From Jimgerdemannia flammicorona (taxonomy: Eukaryota), in assembly GCA_003990765.1 (NCBI GenBank), contig RBNJ01000009.1:46635-66634 (forward strand): a DNA stretch of 20,000 nt, in the 5' to 3' direction. Shown here in pieces: positions 1 through 11,839 of the stretch; positions within the stretch are counted from its first letter, which is position 1, and each line of letters starts with the position of its first letter. Under the pieces are notes generated by a model, which saw only the letters and a list, made by a program, of their open reading frames with translations, was not told where the DNA came from and made no database searches. Position numbers and translations under genes: made by a program.

Positions 1-414
1 CTAGTCACTACACCACTAGCCCTTTTACTTGATATTCTCAAGAGAGCCCCTCTCAGCCCTCCAGCAGTAGCCCTCTCCTTGCCACCCTGTAGCCATCCAT
101 TCAGTTTAGCTACCAGATCCCTCTACTTAACCTTCTTAGCAAAGCTCTTCCACTTCTTCTCTAACTGTGCTATACCTCCTTCTCAATTGCTACCAACTCT
201 CCTTCCTCCTGACAAGATGTTTGGCATCCCAACTCTGCTCTCTGATCCCTCTCCACATACTGTCAGCTAAATATACTAGGGCCACTCTGCCTAGTACATT
301 CCATAGAACTCTAATTCAAGAACATATTCTTAAGATATTTCTCTAAAAAATAGTGTAAAAGTAGATAATATATGTTTGCATAATATGAGATATATCAGAA
401 AGAGATAGTGTGAC

Positions 415-2065
415 TAATAATACTATCTAGAAGATATTAAGTTTGATATCATTACTGACCATCAATTACTCAAGTATATTAATACTCAATCTACCCTATT
501 ATATCTATAAGTGAAATAGAGCCTAAAGCTTCAAAATTTTAATCTGATGATCATCTATAAGTCTTGCAAAATACTTATAGTACCAGATGTCTTATTCAGA
601 TATCCAGACCTTACCACAATTATACAAGTTACCTTGGTATCAGAATTCCTAGACCAAATTAAACAAGCTTATAAAGAAGACACTATTGTTACTAGAGTTT
701 TTTTGAATGAGCTTAAGGTTATATATATTATTATCAAAGACAACCTAATCTTCCATTAAGACAAAATCTATCAACTTGATAATATAAATCTATATTATAA
801 GATTCTACAAGAACACTATGACTCTCTACTCACTGATCATCTTAGAATTGAGAAAACTATCAAAAACATTCAGTATTACTACTATTGATTAAGTATGGTC
901 AAGGAAATCAAGAACTATATTACTAGCTATAATATCTGTTAGTATAACAAGCCTACCAATCAAGTACTAGCTGGTTTACTATAACTACTACTAATTCTCA
1001 TTAAGAAATTTAAACAAGTTATAATAGATTTTATAACTCAACTACTATGAATCTAATCTGATACTGATGCTATCATCATATTTATTGACTGCCTGACCAA
1101 AACTATAGTTGCTGAACCTACTATTACTAATATCACTATATCTGAGATTATAAGAATCTTCTTCAAGTCCATCTTTTATCACTATAGCCTACTATAAGTA
1201 ATTGTCAGTAACTATAATCTCAAGTTTACTAGTTATTTCTGGCAAACTCTCTTCAAAACTCTAGAAATCCAATTGGCTATATTTATTGTCTTTTACTTAC
1301 AAATTGATGAAAAAACTGAGCACATAAACAGAATCTTAGAATAAATACTCAGAAACTATATTTCTTATAAGTAAGATAATTGAGATTATTATATAACTTA
1401 TGTAGAATTTATATATAACAATACTGTCTAATTATCTACTGACCTTTTCTCCTTTCAGTCAAGATTCTGAGACCTCTATAAGTCTAGTTTCTTTTAAGAA
1501 AAATAGTTAAATTTAAGTTTTTACTACTAAGAACCTTATAAATAAAATAGATAAACTACTCAAGATCACTATTATGAATCTTCAGAAAGCCTAACAATAC
1601 TAAGCCAAGTATATTGATAAGAAATATGTAATGTCCAATATATTATTAGAGATCAAGTTCTACTATCTATCAAGAATTTCAAGATATATATAATCTCAAG
1701 TCAACTACTCTTCAAACAAATTTCAGTCTAAGTATATTAAACTCTTTAAGATTATCAAATAAGTCTCTATATTCTTCTATCATCTTAAGCTACTTGAAAC
1801 TATGAAGATACACTCAGTCTTTTATATATTATGTCTTAAGATCTAGAACCAGTCATTACTTTACTTTGATTAAATTCCCAAGTCATCTGCTTCTGTGATT
1901 ATTGGAGATCATATCAAGTACAAAATTGAGAAAATTCTTAATAAATAAATTTACTATTATTATTCTGAATATCTGGCCAAGTAGATGGGCTACTCTAAAT
2001 ATAATACTATCTGAAAACCATTAGTTAATCTCAAGAACTCCCAAGACCTAGTCCAAGACTTTAAG
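415..2065 (+). pseudogene. pol: pol remnant (RNase H-integrase-chromodomain)
   Basis: Motifs as above. Chromodomain remnant YKIEKILNK*...EYLAK*MGYSKY...*KPLVNLKNSQDLVQDF at ~1919-2065 matches the YEVEKIL...YLVKWKGY...WEP..NL pattern after reverting G>A changes. Confidence 0.85.
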
Positions 2066-2392
2066 GCAAAATATATTATCAAATCTCTATAGTGACTTTC
2101 TTGAATTATTGATAATCTATAGCAATTATTAGTGTCTTATATATTAAAAGTTTACTTTGGAACTCTAGAACTAGCAGAATATCTAGTAAATAAGAAGTAT
2201 ACTAAAATGAAACTACTAGTTGAATTTAAACCTCTCTCAAATAGTTAGTCTAATAATAGACCCTCTATCCTATACAAGGATGGCCAGTCTCTACTAATAT
2301 ACTAATATAAGTTTGAGAAATTTTGATTAACTATATTTAGTTTATATAATTTAAAAACTCAATAAGGATATTAGTTCTTAAGGAGAGAGGAG

Positions 2393-2847
2393 TGTAATAA
2401 TTGCATAGTTATATTTTAGTCTTAGTACTTTTTCACATCTTTTACTAGTTTTTTCTTAACTTTTTTTAAATATTTTACTATATTTCAGTATCTTTCAATT
2501 ACCTAGAAATCTTCTCTTAGTATTATTATACTACTAGAACATTTTTGTCTTTTCTCAGTACTAAGTATCTTGTTATAGAACCTTTTAGAACATTATAGAA
2601 TTCTATTAGTCATCTTTATCAAGAATCTATTTCTTTATCTTTCTCTTCTTTTCTAAAGATCCTTCTAGATTTTTCTTTCAGATCTTATATAAATATCCTT
2701 ATTTTCTACTTAAATAAAGCTCATAATATTTTCTTCCAGAATTTCTTTAAGAATACTTGAACCTATAAGTATCTCTTCAAGCTACTTTAGATCTACTAGA
2801 ATTACCAGACTTAGTCACTTTCTCTTAAAGAAACTAGAACTATTATA
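2393..2847 (+). repeat. 3' LTR of the chromovirus
   Basis: Starts TGTAA immediately after the PPT, with TATATAAA at ~2686 and AATAAA at ~2712. The end (TATTATA, a mutated ...ACA) is inferred from the point where the older element's protease remnant begins. Confidence 0.6.
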
Positions 2848-2850
2848 CTG

Positions 2851-2982
2851 AGTTTTTTTGTATCTTGAGTCTAAACTTTTTAGTGATCTTTTTATCAAAA
2901 TAGTACTTGCTTACTCTACTATTGATAAGGAATTCAACAAGATTTTCTTCAATTTTCCCTTATAAGTAGATATATTCAGAAT
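2851..2982 (-). pseudogene. Aspartic protease remnant of the older Gypsy element, truncated by the chromovirus
   Basis: Minus strand reads YIYL*GKIEENLVEFLINSRVSKYYFDKKITKKFRLKI. LINSRVS reverts to LIDSGAS by transitions alone. Confidence 0.75.
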
Positions 2983-3119
2983 TGTCTTCTTATCAGATAG
3001 CAATTATTTCTAAGGAGACTTCTTCTCAATCTTATATATCTCTATTTTTATTATTAATATTCTTAATTTCTTTATCTCATTATTCTGGAATGATTGGCTT
3101 ATAATTTTTGAATTTGAAA

Positions 3120-3224
3120 ACATATATGTATAATATATTCTTCTAAATATTTAAAATAGTATATCTTAACTTGATGAGGATATTATCTTACTGGAATATA
3201 TCTATTAATAATATACTAATACTA
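3120..3224 (-). pseudogene. Cys/His module remnant of the older element
   Basis: *Y*YIINRYIPVR*YPHQVKIYYFKYLEEYIIH aligns without gaps to WCKKIAEGYTPQGVCPHRIKIYCIEHVNDCYQC of the younger family. Confidence 0.65.
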
Positions 3225-3304
3225 TTTCTAGTCTCAGTCTTGAGATTTTTTAATGTAAATAATATTCTATATCTTGATCTTCTCCTTAGCCTTATCAGGA
3301 TACT

Positions 3305-3513
3305 TTTCTATTGATCTGAAAGTTTTTCCTCCTCTATTGAAGAGTGATATATAGTTTATTTGTTTCTTTAACTTCAAGGTTATTATATATTACCTCAATG
3401 ATAGCTTAGGTAATTCATTTTTTACATATAATTTTAACTACTTTCTATCTAGTATTGTATAGCAGAATCTTAATTTTATCTTTAAATTCTTAGTCTATAA
3501 CTCCTCTCGCTAT
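3305..3513 (-). pseudogene. dut: dUTPase 3' half (motifs 3-5) of the older Gypsy element
   Basis: IARGVID*EFKDKIKILLYN (motif 3), K*IT*AII (motif 4) and RGGKTFRSIE (motif 5). Joins in frame to the half ending at 10261 when copy A and one CTAT are removed. Confidence 0.85.
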
Positions 3514-3999
3514 TGTAATGTAGTGGACACTTACTCTTAAAAGTATGTTAGATTTCTGTATCTTGAAAACTTAACTGTTCTGACTCTCGCAGAGTCCTTT
3601 GAGTTGCAGGGGAGGGTGGGTAAGTTCAAAGTGTATCTGCCTGCAGGCTTACTAGTTCCTTTGCTATCTCTTTGCTTTGAACTATTTTGATCTAAGGCTT
3701 TATTCACTCTAAGATACTAGGTTATTTATACAAGTTTTGCTAGCTATGAGATGGCTAAGTTATGACTATATTTCCTATAAGTCATTTCTTTCACAAGTAT
3801 TAAATCCTTGACATCTATTAAATCTTTGACAATTGTCAAAGAGTTTAACATCTGTGAATAGTTTAACATTCATGAAAACTTTAATGTTTGTGAAATGACT
3901 ACTATCTGGGCTATACTATATTTGGGAATCAGATTCAGATACTGTGATCAAATGTCTTATTTCTCTGATTCATATTACTAATTCAGATCAACCATCACA
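3514..3999 (-). repeat. 3' LTR of copy A (486 bp)
   Basis: Direct repeat of 9777-10256 and reverse complement of the copy B LTRs. Confidence 0.96.
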
Positions 4000-4009
4000 A
4001 CTTTCTCCT
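4000..4009 (-). promoter_or_regulatory. Polypurine tract, copy A
   Basis: AGGAGAAAGT immediately before the 3' LTR on the minus strand. Confidence 0.8.
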
Positions 4010-4040
4010 GAATGGATGATTTGTCCCTGAAATATTCTAT

Positions 4041-4502
4041 TTACTCAAACTCTTATGCTTCTACGATTTGTATCTCCTTGTACTGTACAATTTGTATCAT
4101 TATATTCTCCCAATGATATCTTTTGATATATCTGAAATCTCCTGGGACTACTCCTCGAAAGTGGGCTAAGGCTGGTTTATCATCCTTGAACAACTTGTTG
4201 ATTTATTTGTTAATCATGATCTGAGCATAGAAAAGCTAGCACTCTCTAATCCAGTCTTCTTTTCTCATCTCTGACTGCAAATTCAGTAGTTGTCCCAGTT
4301 TGAAGTATTCCTGAAACTCAGTTTGGTTCTGGTAAGCTTTGAAGTGTGAAATTCATGACAGGTGTGTCTGGACTATACTCTGGATACTGTCAAAGGATTC
4401 CTCCATAACAGGCAGTTTGGTAGTGTACCATTGTCTTTTTATAGCTCGCTGTGTAGCACTAGTGATCTTGAGAGCTGAGGCAGTACTTCTCTGGTTAGCC
4501 AT
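4041..4502 (-). pseudogene. ORF3, unknown 153-aa protein (copy A)
   Basis: ATG overlaps the integrase stop. 462 nt, collinear with 17599-18060 without indels. Most internal stops are sense codons in the other copy. Confidence 0.75.
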
Positions 4503-5685
4503 AGTACCTCTTGAGTCAGTTTCAGTAAATAGTAGTGGGGATAATTGTGCCTAAGAGTTTTCATAGCCAAAAGGTGGTTCCTTTTATATCTTGCACAAGA
4601 TAAGGTCCTTCCCACTTGGGCTCCAGTTTTCATGACTATGAAGCTTCTACTATATTCTGATATACCAGGATTTTGTCTCCTATCTTGATAATCTCCAAGA
4701 GTTTGTAGGTCTTTTCTGCATTCTTTCATTGTAGTATCTGTGCCTTGGTTATGTAATCTTTGGTCTTCTTCCTGATTTGGTATAGTCTCCATATTTTTCC
4801 ATCTATATGTTTCCATATAGCATCTCCATTGGATGATAGGATTTCTCAAGAACTTTCTTCTCTGAACAGTATCTCTTGAGAGATAAAGTGGGTACTTTGT
4901 GATCTGATATCCTGGAGAGCAGATAATGCTATTGGCAGATAGTGATCCCAGTTTTCATAGTTATTACAGATCTTGGCAATAACATTCTTGAGGGTCTTAT
5001 TAGTCCTTTCTGCTTATCTGTTTCCTTGAGAGTAATAGGCTGTGGTCTGAATGTACTGGATCTTGTACTTCTTGTAGAGAACCTCAAAGAACTGGTTCAT
5101 GAATTCTGTTCCTCTATCTGTAGTTACTTATATTGGGGTCTTGAACTAGCAGATGATTTCTTTGTAGAAAAAATTGGTGATTAACTATGCATTGGCTTCC
5201 TTGAGGGGTCCTGCTTCTATTCATTTTGTAAAAAGGTCTACAATAACAATGATATATTGGTTACCAGTCAAGGTCAAGAGTAGAGGACTAATTACATCCA
5301 TTGCTATGTGGGTGAATGGTACTGGTTCTATGTGTGCTGATCCTAGGGTTTGGTTTTATTGATCTTGCTTCTGTTTCTGGCATTTGTTACAGGTTTTGAC
5401 AAATTGTCTGATATCTTCCTCCATTCCTGGCCACCATATCATTCTTCTTGTCTTATCATATGTATTTGTTCCTTCTAGATGGCCAAGTTTATATACTGAT
5501 TTCATTGCTTGCTCCTTCTTGTGTTCTGATATAACTAGTAGTTTTCCTTTCTTCAGTGTTTCTCTATTGGTTTCGAATTGTTTCCATGTTCTGTTGATAA
5601 TCTTTTGTATCTATTCTTTCAGATGTTGGGGCATCTTTTGCTGTCTCAGGTATGTGATGATTCTGTAGTAAAGTTCCTTATTCAT
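4495..5685 (-). pseudogene. int: ORF2, integrase (HHCC, DDE core, GPY/F), copy A
   Basis: Begins MNKELYY at an ATG overlapping the ORF1 stop. Contains WWPGMEEDIRQFVKTCNKCQK, IAMDVI, VTTDRGTEF and KWEGPY. No chromodomain. Confidence 0.9.
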
Positions 5686-8600
5686 GATCAATTTGTTGGT
5701 TGGCAGTATTTTGGGGTGTCCATGAGAGAGCATCTACATTGGAATTTGTTCTTCCAGGGTAGTACACAATGGTTACATCATAGACTTGTAGCTTCATTAT
5801 CCATCTGGTATAGATTTCTTTAGGTTGTCCAGTTGTAAGTAGCCAGGTGAGAGCTGAGTGGTCTGTCTGAATGGTGAAGTATCTTCTGGCCAGATAATAG
5901 TAGAACTTTTCCACAGCCTAGATAACTGCAAGATATTCCAACTTGTAAGATTTATATTCTTTTTCAGCTTCTTGAGTTCTGCAGCTAAGATATGCAATGA
6001 TATACTCTTTTTTGTCTTTCTTTTAAACTAGGACTGCTCCTAGTCCCTGTGCACTTGCATCTGTCTGCAGAATGAATTCTTAAGTCCAATTGGGTCATCT
6101 GAGGATGGGTGCCTGGGTCAGTCTGATCTTGAGTTCATCAAATGCTTTTTATTATCTGCCAGCCTACTGGAACTTGGTATCCTTCTTATTGAGTTCGTAA
6201 ATTGGACCTGTGATATTAGAGAATTCTCTAATAAATCTGCAATAGTAGGAGACAAGTCCCATGAAGGCTTAGGCTTCTGTAACAGTGGTGAGCCTTGGGT
6301 ATACTGCTACTGCTTATATCTTGAGGGGGTCTATGTGTGTTCCATCTCGATTGATAACATGGCCAAGGTAGGAGATATCAATTTCTGCAAACTTGCACTT
6401 CTTGGGTTTGATATAAAGGCCATATTGTCTTAGTCTCTCCATTATCTACCATATGTGCTGCAGATATTCCTCAGGTGTCTTGCTGTAGATGATTATATCA
6501 TCAACATAAACTATCATCCATCTTCCTATATCATAGCAGAAGATTTTATTCATTATTCATTAGAAGCTTACTGGTACATTACACATCCCAAATGGCATTT
6601 GCAGGTAGATATAGATTCCATCAGGGGTGATGAAGGCTGACTTTTCACTTGCCATTTCTGTGAGTCTGATTTGGTGGAATCCTAAGTATAAGTCTAAGGT
6701 GCTGTAGTACTGTGCTTTGTCTCCTAGTGTTATAAGGATGTCACTGATGAGGGGCAGTGGTTGGCAATCCTTCTTGATGACTGCATTGAGCTTTCTGTAG
6801 TCAATACAGAGTCTTGGGGCAAATTCTCCAAGTTTACTTCCTTTTTTGGGGGCTAGTACAACTGGTAAAGACCAGGGCTGCTGGCTTCTTTGATAATACC
6901 AGCTTCTTCCATCTGCTTGATTTCATCTCTGAGCCATTCTCAGTAGGCTGGCAGGACAGGTCTTGCCTTCTGGTAAATTGGTTCAGTGTCTCCAGTATCT
7001 ACCTCATGATAGTAGTGTAGAGTCTTTCCTTTGATATCCTTGAAGTCTGTGGCAAGGATATCCTCAAATTCATGAAGTATTTTCTTGAGTTCCTCCTTGA
7101 GTGGGAATTCATTTCTGATGATATAGCTGTGCTTGTTTGTGGTTTCCTCCTTCTTATGCTCCAGTTCAGTAATCTTGGTGCTGGTGAATACTCCTCTTCC
7201 TGTGGATCCAAATCCTTTCTTTCCTCTTTTTGTTTCCTCCAAATTCTTGACTTCTATGATCCTTGGTTGTAGGATTGGAAAGATCAGTATCTGTACCAAT
7301 TGGTCCTTCTTCTTGACTGGGAATGGAATTGAAGGATTGTGATTCCTGGTAATGAGCAGGATTTCTCCAGTATAGTCAGAATTGATGACTCCTCCTTTGA
7401 TAGTAATTTTGCTTCTGGCCAGACTGCTTCTTATCTTGAGGATCCCAACATAGTCCTTTGGAATGGTCATTTCTAGTCCAGTTACAAGTAGGGTGGTTGT
7501 CTGGGGTTCTAGTATGGCTTCTTCTACTATAGCAATGTCTATTCTGGCTATATTTTCTGACTTTTATTCTGGCAGGACTGTATCAGAGTGGGTTCTTCGA
7601 ATCTTGACCTTGATTTCTTCATCATCACTATCCTCCAGGAGGGCTGGTGGTTCATCATCTTCCTCCTCCTTCTCTTCCCTGATCTGTTCTTTGAGAGCTT
7701 TCTGTCTTCTTTCCTGGTGGATCTTTTTGATTCTGATGGTGCACTGGTAGCAATCATTGACATGCTCTATACAGTATATCTTGATCCTGTGAGGACAGAC
7801 TCCTTGTGGTGTATAGCCTTCTGCAATCTTCTTGCACCATTCTTCTTCACTCATCCATCCTACTTTCTTCTTTGGAATAGTTACCATATAGGCTTCCTCT
7901 TGCTCACTCTCTTCTTCCTCCATGTCAGACAAGACTCCTTTGTTGACATTGATGGAAATTTGTATCTTCTGTCCCTGATAGGTGATTTGCATCTTCTGAG
8001 CATTGAGGTCAATTAATGCCTTAGCTTTGTGAAATCATTGATTGTCAATGAGAATATCATAGTTGGTGACATTAGTTATGATTACATTTACTGGGATGGT
8101 TGCTCCTCTAATCTCAATGGAGACATCTCAGATCTTTCCCAGAGGGTGGCTCTTGTGTCATCTGCTGTGACAAATACCAACTTGGTTACTTCTTCAACCT
8201 CTCAACCTAGGTGGTCTGCTGCCTTCTTGCTGAGAAGATATTCTTCTGCTCCAGTATCAATAATGGCTTCAAAGATTCTATCTTCAATCTGGCATATTAC
8301 ATAGGTAGAGGTTTTGCGATTATCTTTGCTCTCTTCTCCTGAGTCTTCTTGAATATTGTTGGTCTTGGTTATCTTCCATCCTTGTTCCTTGGTTGTTTTG
8401 GTAAGTCTGAACCTCATTTGCTATCTGAATGTTGAGATTTCTACAAGCTGACCAAAAGTTACATTGACCTTTTATTGGCTAAGGTCCTTGAAGATATCAT
8501 ACTTGAAAGTCTTGGTCTTGTGAAGTTTCTTTTCTTTTTCTCCTTTACTAGCTAGAGTGGTTCCTTAGATAATATCTTGAACTGCTTGCTCCAGCTCCAT

Positions 8601-9662
8601 ATCTTGGTCTATCTCTTCAGCTTGGCTTTCTGTAGCAGTTTCCATCTGCTTTTTCACTGAGTTCTTTTTGGGTCTTCTCAGCAGTCTCTTGTAGGGCTCT
8701 TTGCAAACATCCTTCTTAGTAGTCTGGGCAGAATAGGCCTCCCATTCTTCTTTGTCAGAATCTCTAATTTCTTCAAAGGTAATTGTGTTGGTCTGCTCTT
8801 TATTTCTAGTAGCATTACTTGGCTGAGCCTTGTGCTTGGTTTTGCTCATGCATTTGTAGGAGTAGTGGCCTTCTTCTCCACAGGTATAGCAGGTACCTTT
8901 CTTCTTGTCTGAGGTAGTAGCAAACTTCTGAACAGGGTGGCAGTCTCTTCCTCTGATCTCTTTTATCACATCTCTTAGGTAGACAGTCATTTCTGCAAAC
9001 CTTTTAGTAAGTTCCTCCAAAGGGTCACTGTTCTTTTGCTACTCTGTAGCTTTGGGCTGAGGTGTGTTTCAATTGATCATCATGGTAGGAATCACACTAG
9101 TTGCCTTAGATACTTCAATTCTGACTCCTGTAACCCTCTCCATTGTATGGTCTTGTGGGTGTCTGGCTATCCAGTATCACTGAGCATAGGTGACCTTCTG
9201 TAGCAGATCCAGAATCACTAGTGATGAGTAGATGGCCATGGCTATCTCTGGGTGGACTCCTTTCATAAAGGTTGCTTTGGCTACTTGGTCTCAGATAACA
9301 TCAGCATAATCTGCAAGGATTATCTGGTATCAGATTCTTGTGTAGAATGTGTTTGGATCTTCACTCATTCCTTAGTATATTGTGTTGAGCTGGTCTTTTA
9401 GAGCTTGCTTGATCTCATCTATATAGTAGGTAGTTTGAAGCCAGGTCTTTTGTGCTATCAGTGTAGCACCAGTATTATTTTCCATATAGTTTTCAGCTGT
9501 GAATACTGCTCTTGCAGGGCCTCATAGGCTAAAGGGTATAAGGGCTACTTGCTGTGCTGCTGTTAGGGTTCTTACAGCAGCATACTGCTCAAAATCATCA
9601 ATGAAGGTAATGATTGATTCATCTGAGGTATATCCATAGAATACTGGTGGTCTCATATCCAT
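5678..9662 (-). pseudogene. gag-pol: ORF1, Gag-PR-dUTPase-RT-RNase H (copy A)
   Basis: Zn knuckle CYTCGEEGHYSYKC, protease IIDTGA, dUTPase motifs, RT RLCIDYRKLN and YVDD (~6497-6508), RNase H QTDAS...TDHSAL...DALS. Contains stops plus two 1-bp deletions in C-runs relative to copy B. Confidence 0.93.
7198..7614 (-). pseudogene. dut: dUTPase domain between PR and RT (copy A)
   Basis: RSSLA (motif 2), GGVINSDYTGEI (motif 3), DQLVQIL (motif 4), RGKKGFGSTG (motif 5). Confidence 0.95.
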
Positions 9663-9755
9663 CTTGTCTGAGTATTGGGGCTCAGTTTATATAGTTGTTC
9701 AGGTAGTGGCAGTTGTTTGTTGTTCAGCTTGAAAGTGAGGAATTCATCTTGAATC

Positions 9756-9773
9756 ATCAGCCAATAGGCACCA
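9756..9773 (-). promoter_or_regulatory. Primer-binding site, copy A
   Basis: TGGTGCCTATTGGCTGAT begins 3 nt (ACT) after the 5' LTR. TGG is complementary to the tRNA CCA end. Confidence 0.8.
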
Positions 9774-9776
9774 AGT

Positions 9777-10256
9777 TGTAACATAGCAGATGCTTACTCT
9801 TGAAAGTATATCAGATTTCTATATCTTGAAAACTTGACTGTTCTGACTCTCACAGAGTTCTTTGAGTTGCAGGGGAGGGTGGGTGAGTTCAAAGTATATC
9901 TGCCCACAGGCTTACTAGTTCCTTTGCTATCTCTTTGCTTTGAACTATTTTGATCTAAGGCTTTATTCACTCTAAAATACTAGGTTATTTATACAAGTTT
10001 TGCTAGCTATGAGATGGCTAAGTTATGACTACATTTCCTATGAGTCATTTCTTTCACAAGTGTTAAATCCTTGATATCTATTAAATCTTTCATTAAAGAG
10101 TTTAACATCTATGAATAGTTTAATATTCATGAAAACTTTAATGTTTATAAAATGACTGCTATCTGGGCTATACTATATTTAGGAATCAGATTCAGATACT
10201 GTGATCAAATGTCTTATTCCTCTGATTCATGTTACTAATTCAGATTAACCATTACA
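9777..10256 (-). repeat. 5' LTR of copy A (480 bp)
   Basis: Direct repeat of 3514-3999 with a 6-bp deletion near 10090. Confidence 0.96.
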
Positions 10257-10260
10257 CTAT

Positions 10261-10469
10261 ATAGAGTCTCTCTTCTTTGACTAGACTACTTTTTTCTATA
10301 AGACAGATATAGGTTTCTTTAGAAACTTCTATTCTAATATCTATGCTAATAGTTACTTACTTATTGATTCTATGGTTACTTCTATATTAGAGTAGAGATT
10401 ATAGCCAGCATTAGATTTATATACTTTATCTGAGATTTTATAGTAATATAAAATCTCTTGATTTTGATT
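10261..10469 (-). pseudogene. dut: dUTPase 5' half (motifs 1-2) of the older Gypsy element
   Basis: IKIKR...KSNAGYNLYSNIEVTIE (motif 1, from SDAGYDLYS), then IRIEVSKETYICLIEKSSLVKEERLY (motif 2). Small frameshifts are present. Confidence 0.85.
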
Positions 10470-11430
10470 TTCCCAGATATTTCTTTGAGATCATCTTCTA
10501 TTATAGTAATAGTATGTGAGTAAAATAGTTCTTTATTCATATTAGTCTTTTTGTCAGAATATTTGTAAGATATATATTCTCTCTTTTTTATAGTAGAAAC
10601 ATACTTCTTTCTTTATAAGTTTCTCTATTTTCTTTTAGACAAATTTTTAAATTCTCTTTATAATTTTGGAGAGTTATTTTAAGATTTATATTTCTTCTTG
10701 AATTAACATTATTTGTCTTCTTTATTGTTGTTTCTGTTGTTTCTTAGTCTTTGAGCTGCTAAGATAGTATATACTCTAGTAATAGCTTATCCTAAGTACT
10801 ATTGTTCATATGAATAATTATAGAGTTATTCTTGCTCTCCAATCTTTTCTGATAATTATTTAAGAATAGTATCAAAGAAGTATATTACTCTGGTTCTATT
10901 TATAGTTTGTTCTTATTAGCTATATTCTACTCTTATAGTATTCAGAAGAGTTTCTAATCTTATTATAAATACTTCTAAGTTATCTTTTCTATTATTATAG
11001 AATTAGAAATTCTTGAGCTTAGTTCTGACTTTAGTAATATAAGTAGAGCTGTGAAACTATTGAATGATTAGCTCTTTTAGACCTATGATATCTGGATAGA
11101 CTTTATAGTTAGAGTAATTATTATCTCTTTTACTTATATCAATTTTGATATAGATTTTTTAGATAAAAGAGTATACTAGTATATTATGCCACTACTGAGC
11201 AACTATATCTGTAAAATGAGTAGTGACTTTTTCTACTTATAAATCTATAATTATATAGAGATCTTCAATCTTATAGTACTCATTATTATTAAGAGTACTG
11301 TTTAGGTTCTGATTATTATTTCATCCATTAGCATAATAATTAATATTGACTTATTCTATAAATATTATTATTTAATCTGCTTTATTTTTAAATAATATAA
11401 GTCAGAGATCTTTCATAAGGTTATTTGTTT
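10470..11430 (-). pseudogene. gag: gag remnant of the older Gypsy element
   Basis: A CCHC knuckle remnant at ~10550-10602 (KLIKKEVCFYYKKE.[fs]YISYKYSDKK, reverting to CFYCKKEGHISYKCPDKK) lies directly upstream of the dUTPase. The upstream limit is a guess. Confidence 0.65.
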
Positions 11431-11527
11431 TGATTTTTTAATTTTTTGATTTTATGGACTTAGAGTCCTGTAGATTTTTATTAGAAGGGAACCTAAATTA
11501 TATAGGCCAAAACCCTCCCCTATCACC

Positions 11528-11697
11528 TGTTATTTGTTTTGATACTGAGGTGAAAGACTTGAATAAATATAGTCACTTAATTAGTCAGAACTGCTATCTT
11601 TTATCTATCAATATCATTCTACTATTCTCATTACTTATATAGTAAGATAGTAGTAATCTTTCTTTAGATACTATTACCTTGAAGATAGTGTGATATA
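11528..11697 (-). repeat. Possible 3' part of the older element's 5' LTR
   Basis: Minus strand has TATATAAG at ~11640 and ends ...AATAACA before a G-rich GGTGATAGGGGAGGG leader upstream of gag. No second copy is in the window to confirm it. Confidence 0.4.
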
Positions 11698-11839
11698 TAG
11701 TACTCCTAATAAATTAAATTGAATTGAATTTAACTCAAATTTAATTTGATTTAATTGAATTAAAGATCCAATTCAATTCAATTCAATTTGAAATTTAATT
11801 TGAACTTTATTTTTCAAAATATAATAACTTGACAAATAT
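11698..11839. mobile_element. hAT-like foldback MITE, left part
   Basis: Terminus TAGTACTCCTAATAAATTAAATTG is an inverted match to 18765-18789. Flanked by GTGATATA (11690-11697). Confidence 0.75.

Larger units (their letters stand above)
415..2847 (+). mobile_element. Degenerate chromovirus (Ty3/Gypsy) 3' half: RNase H C-terminus, integrase, chromodomain, PPT and 3' LTR
   Basis: Manual translation gives YYLEDIKFDIITDHQLLKY...IYKSCKILIVPDVLFRYPD (RNase H end), an HHCC remnant at ~810-945, and an integrase core (VIIDFITQL...FIDCLTK...IDEKTEHINRILE). A chromodomain follows, then PPT AGGAGAGAGGAG (2381-2392) directly before TGTAA. Many stop codons. The 5' limit is approximate. Confidence 0.88.
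3514..10256 (-). mobile_element. Ty3/Gypsy LTR retrotransposon, copy A (full length, mutated)
   Basis: Two direct-repeat LTRs with TG...CA ends, 4-bp TSD CTAT (3510-3513 and 10257-10260), PBS, PPT, and PR-RT-RH-IN domain order. Confidence 0.97.

Noticed and set aside
1483-1510. Inverted similarity to 2811-2838 (TCTAGTTTCTTT...AAGA)
   Set aside because: It is short, AT-rich and within heavily mutated DNA, so chance cannot be excluded.
4339-8304. Numerous 60-140 aa plus-strand ORFs, and their minus-strand mirrors at 13190-17341
   Set aside because: They are antisense shadows of the purine-rich pol strand, have no motifs, and their boundaries mostly differ between copies.
11454-11642. 62-aa plus-strand ORF
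   Set aside because: It is short, has no motif, and lies antisense to the older element's leader region.
11708-11805. AATTG/AATTC repeats as a CRISPR array or satellite
   Set aside because: There is no repeat-spacer structure; they are subterminal repeats of the foldback MITE.
10257-11839. Spacer as the loop of an inverted duplication, or A plus B as arms of one giant TIR transposon
   Set aside because: Each copy has its own TSD, and the spacer is the gag region of the older element, continuous with sequence left of copy A.
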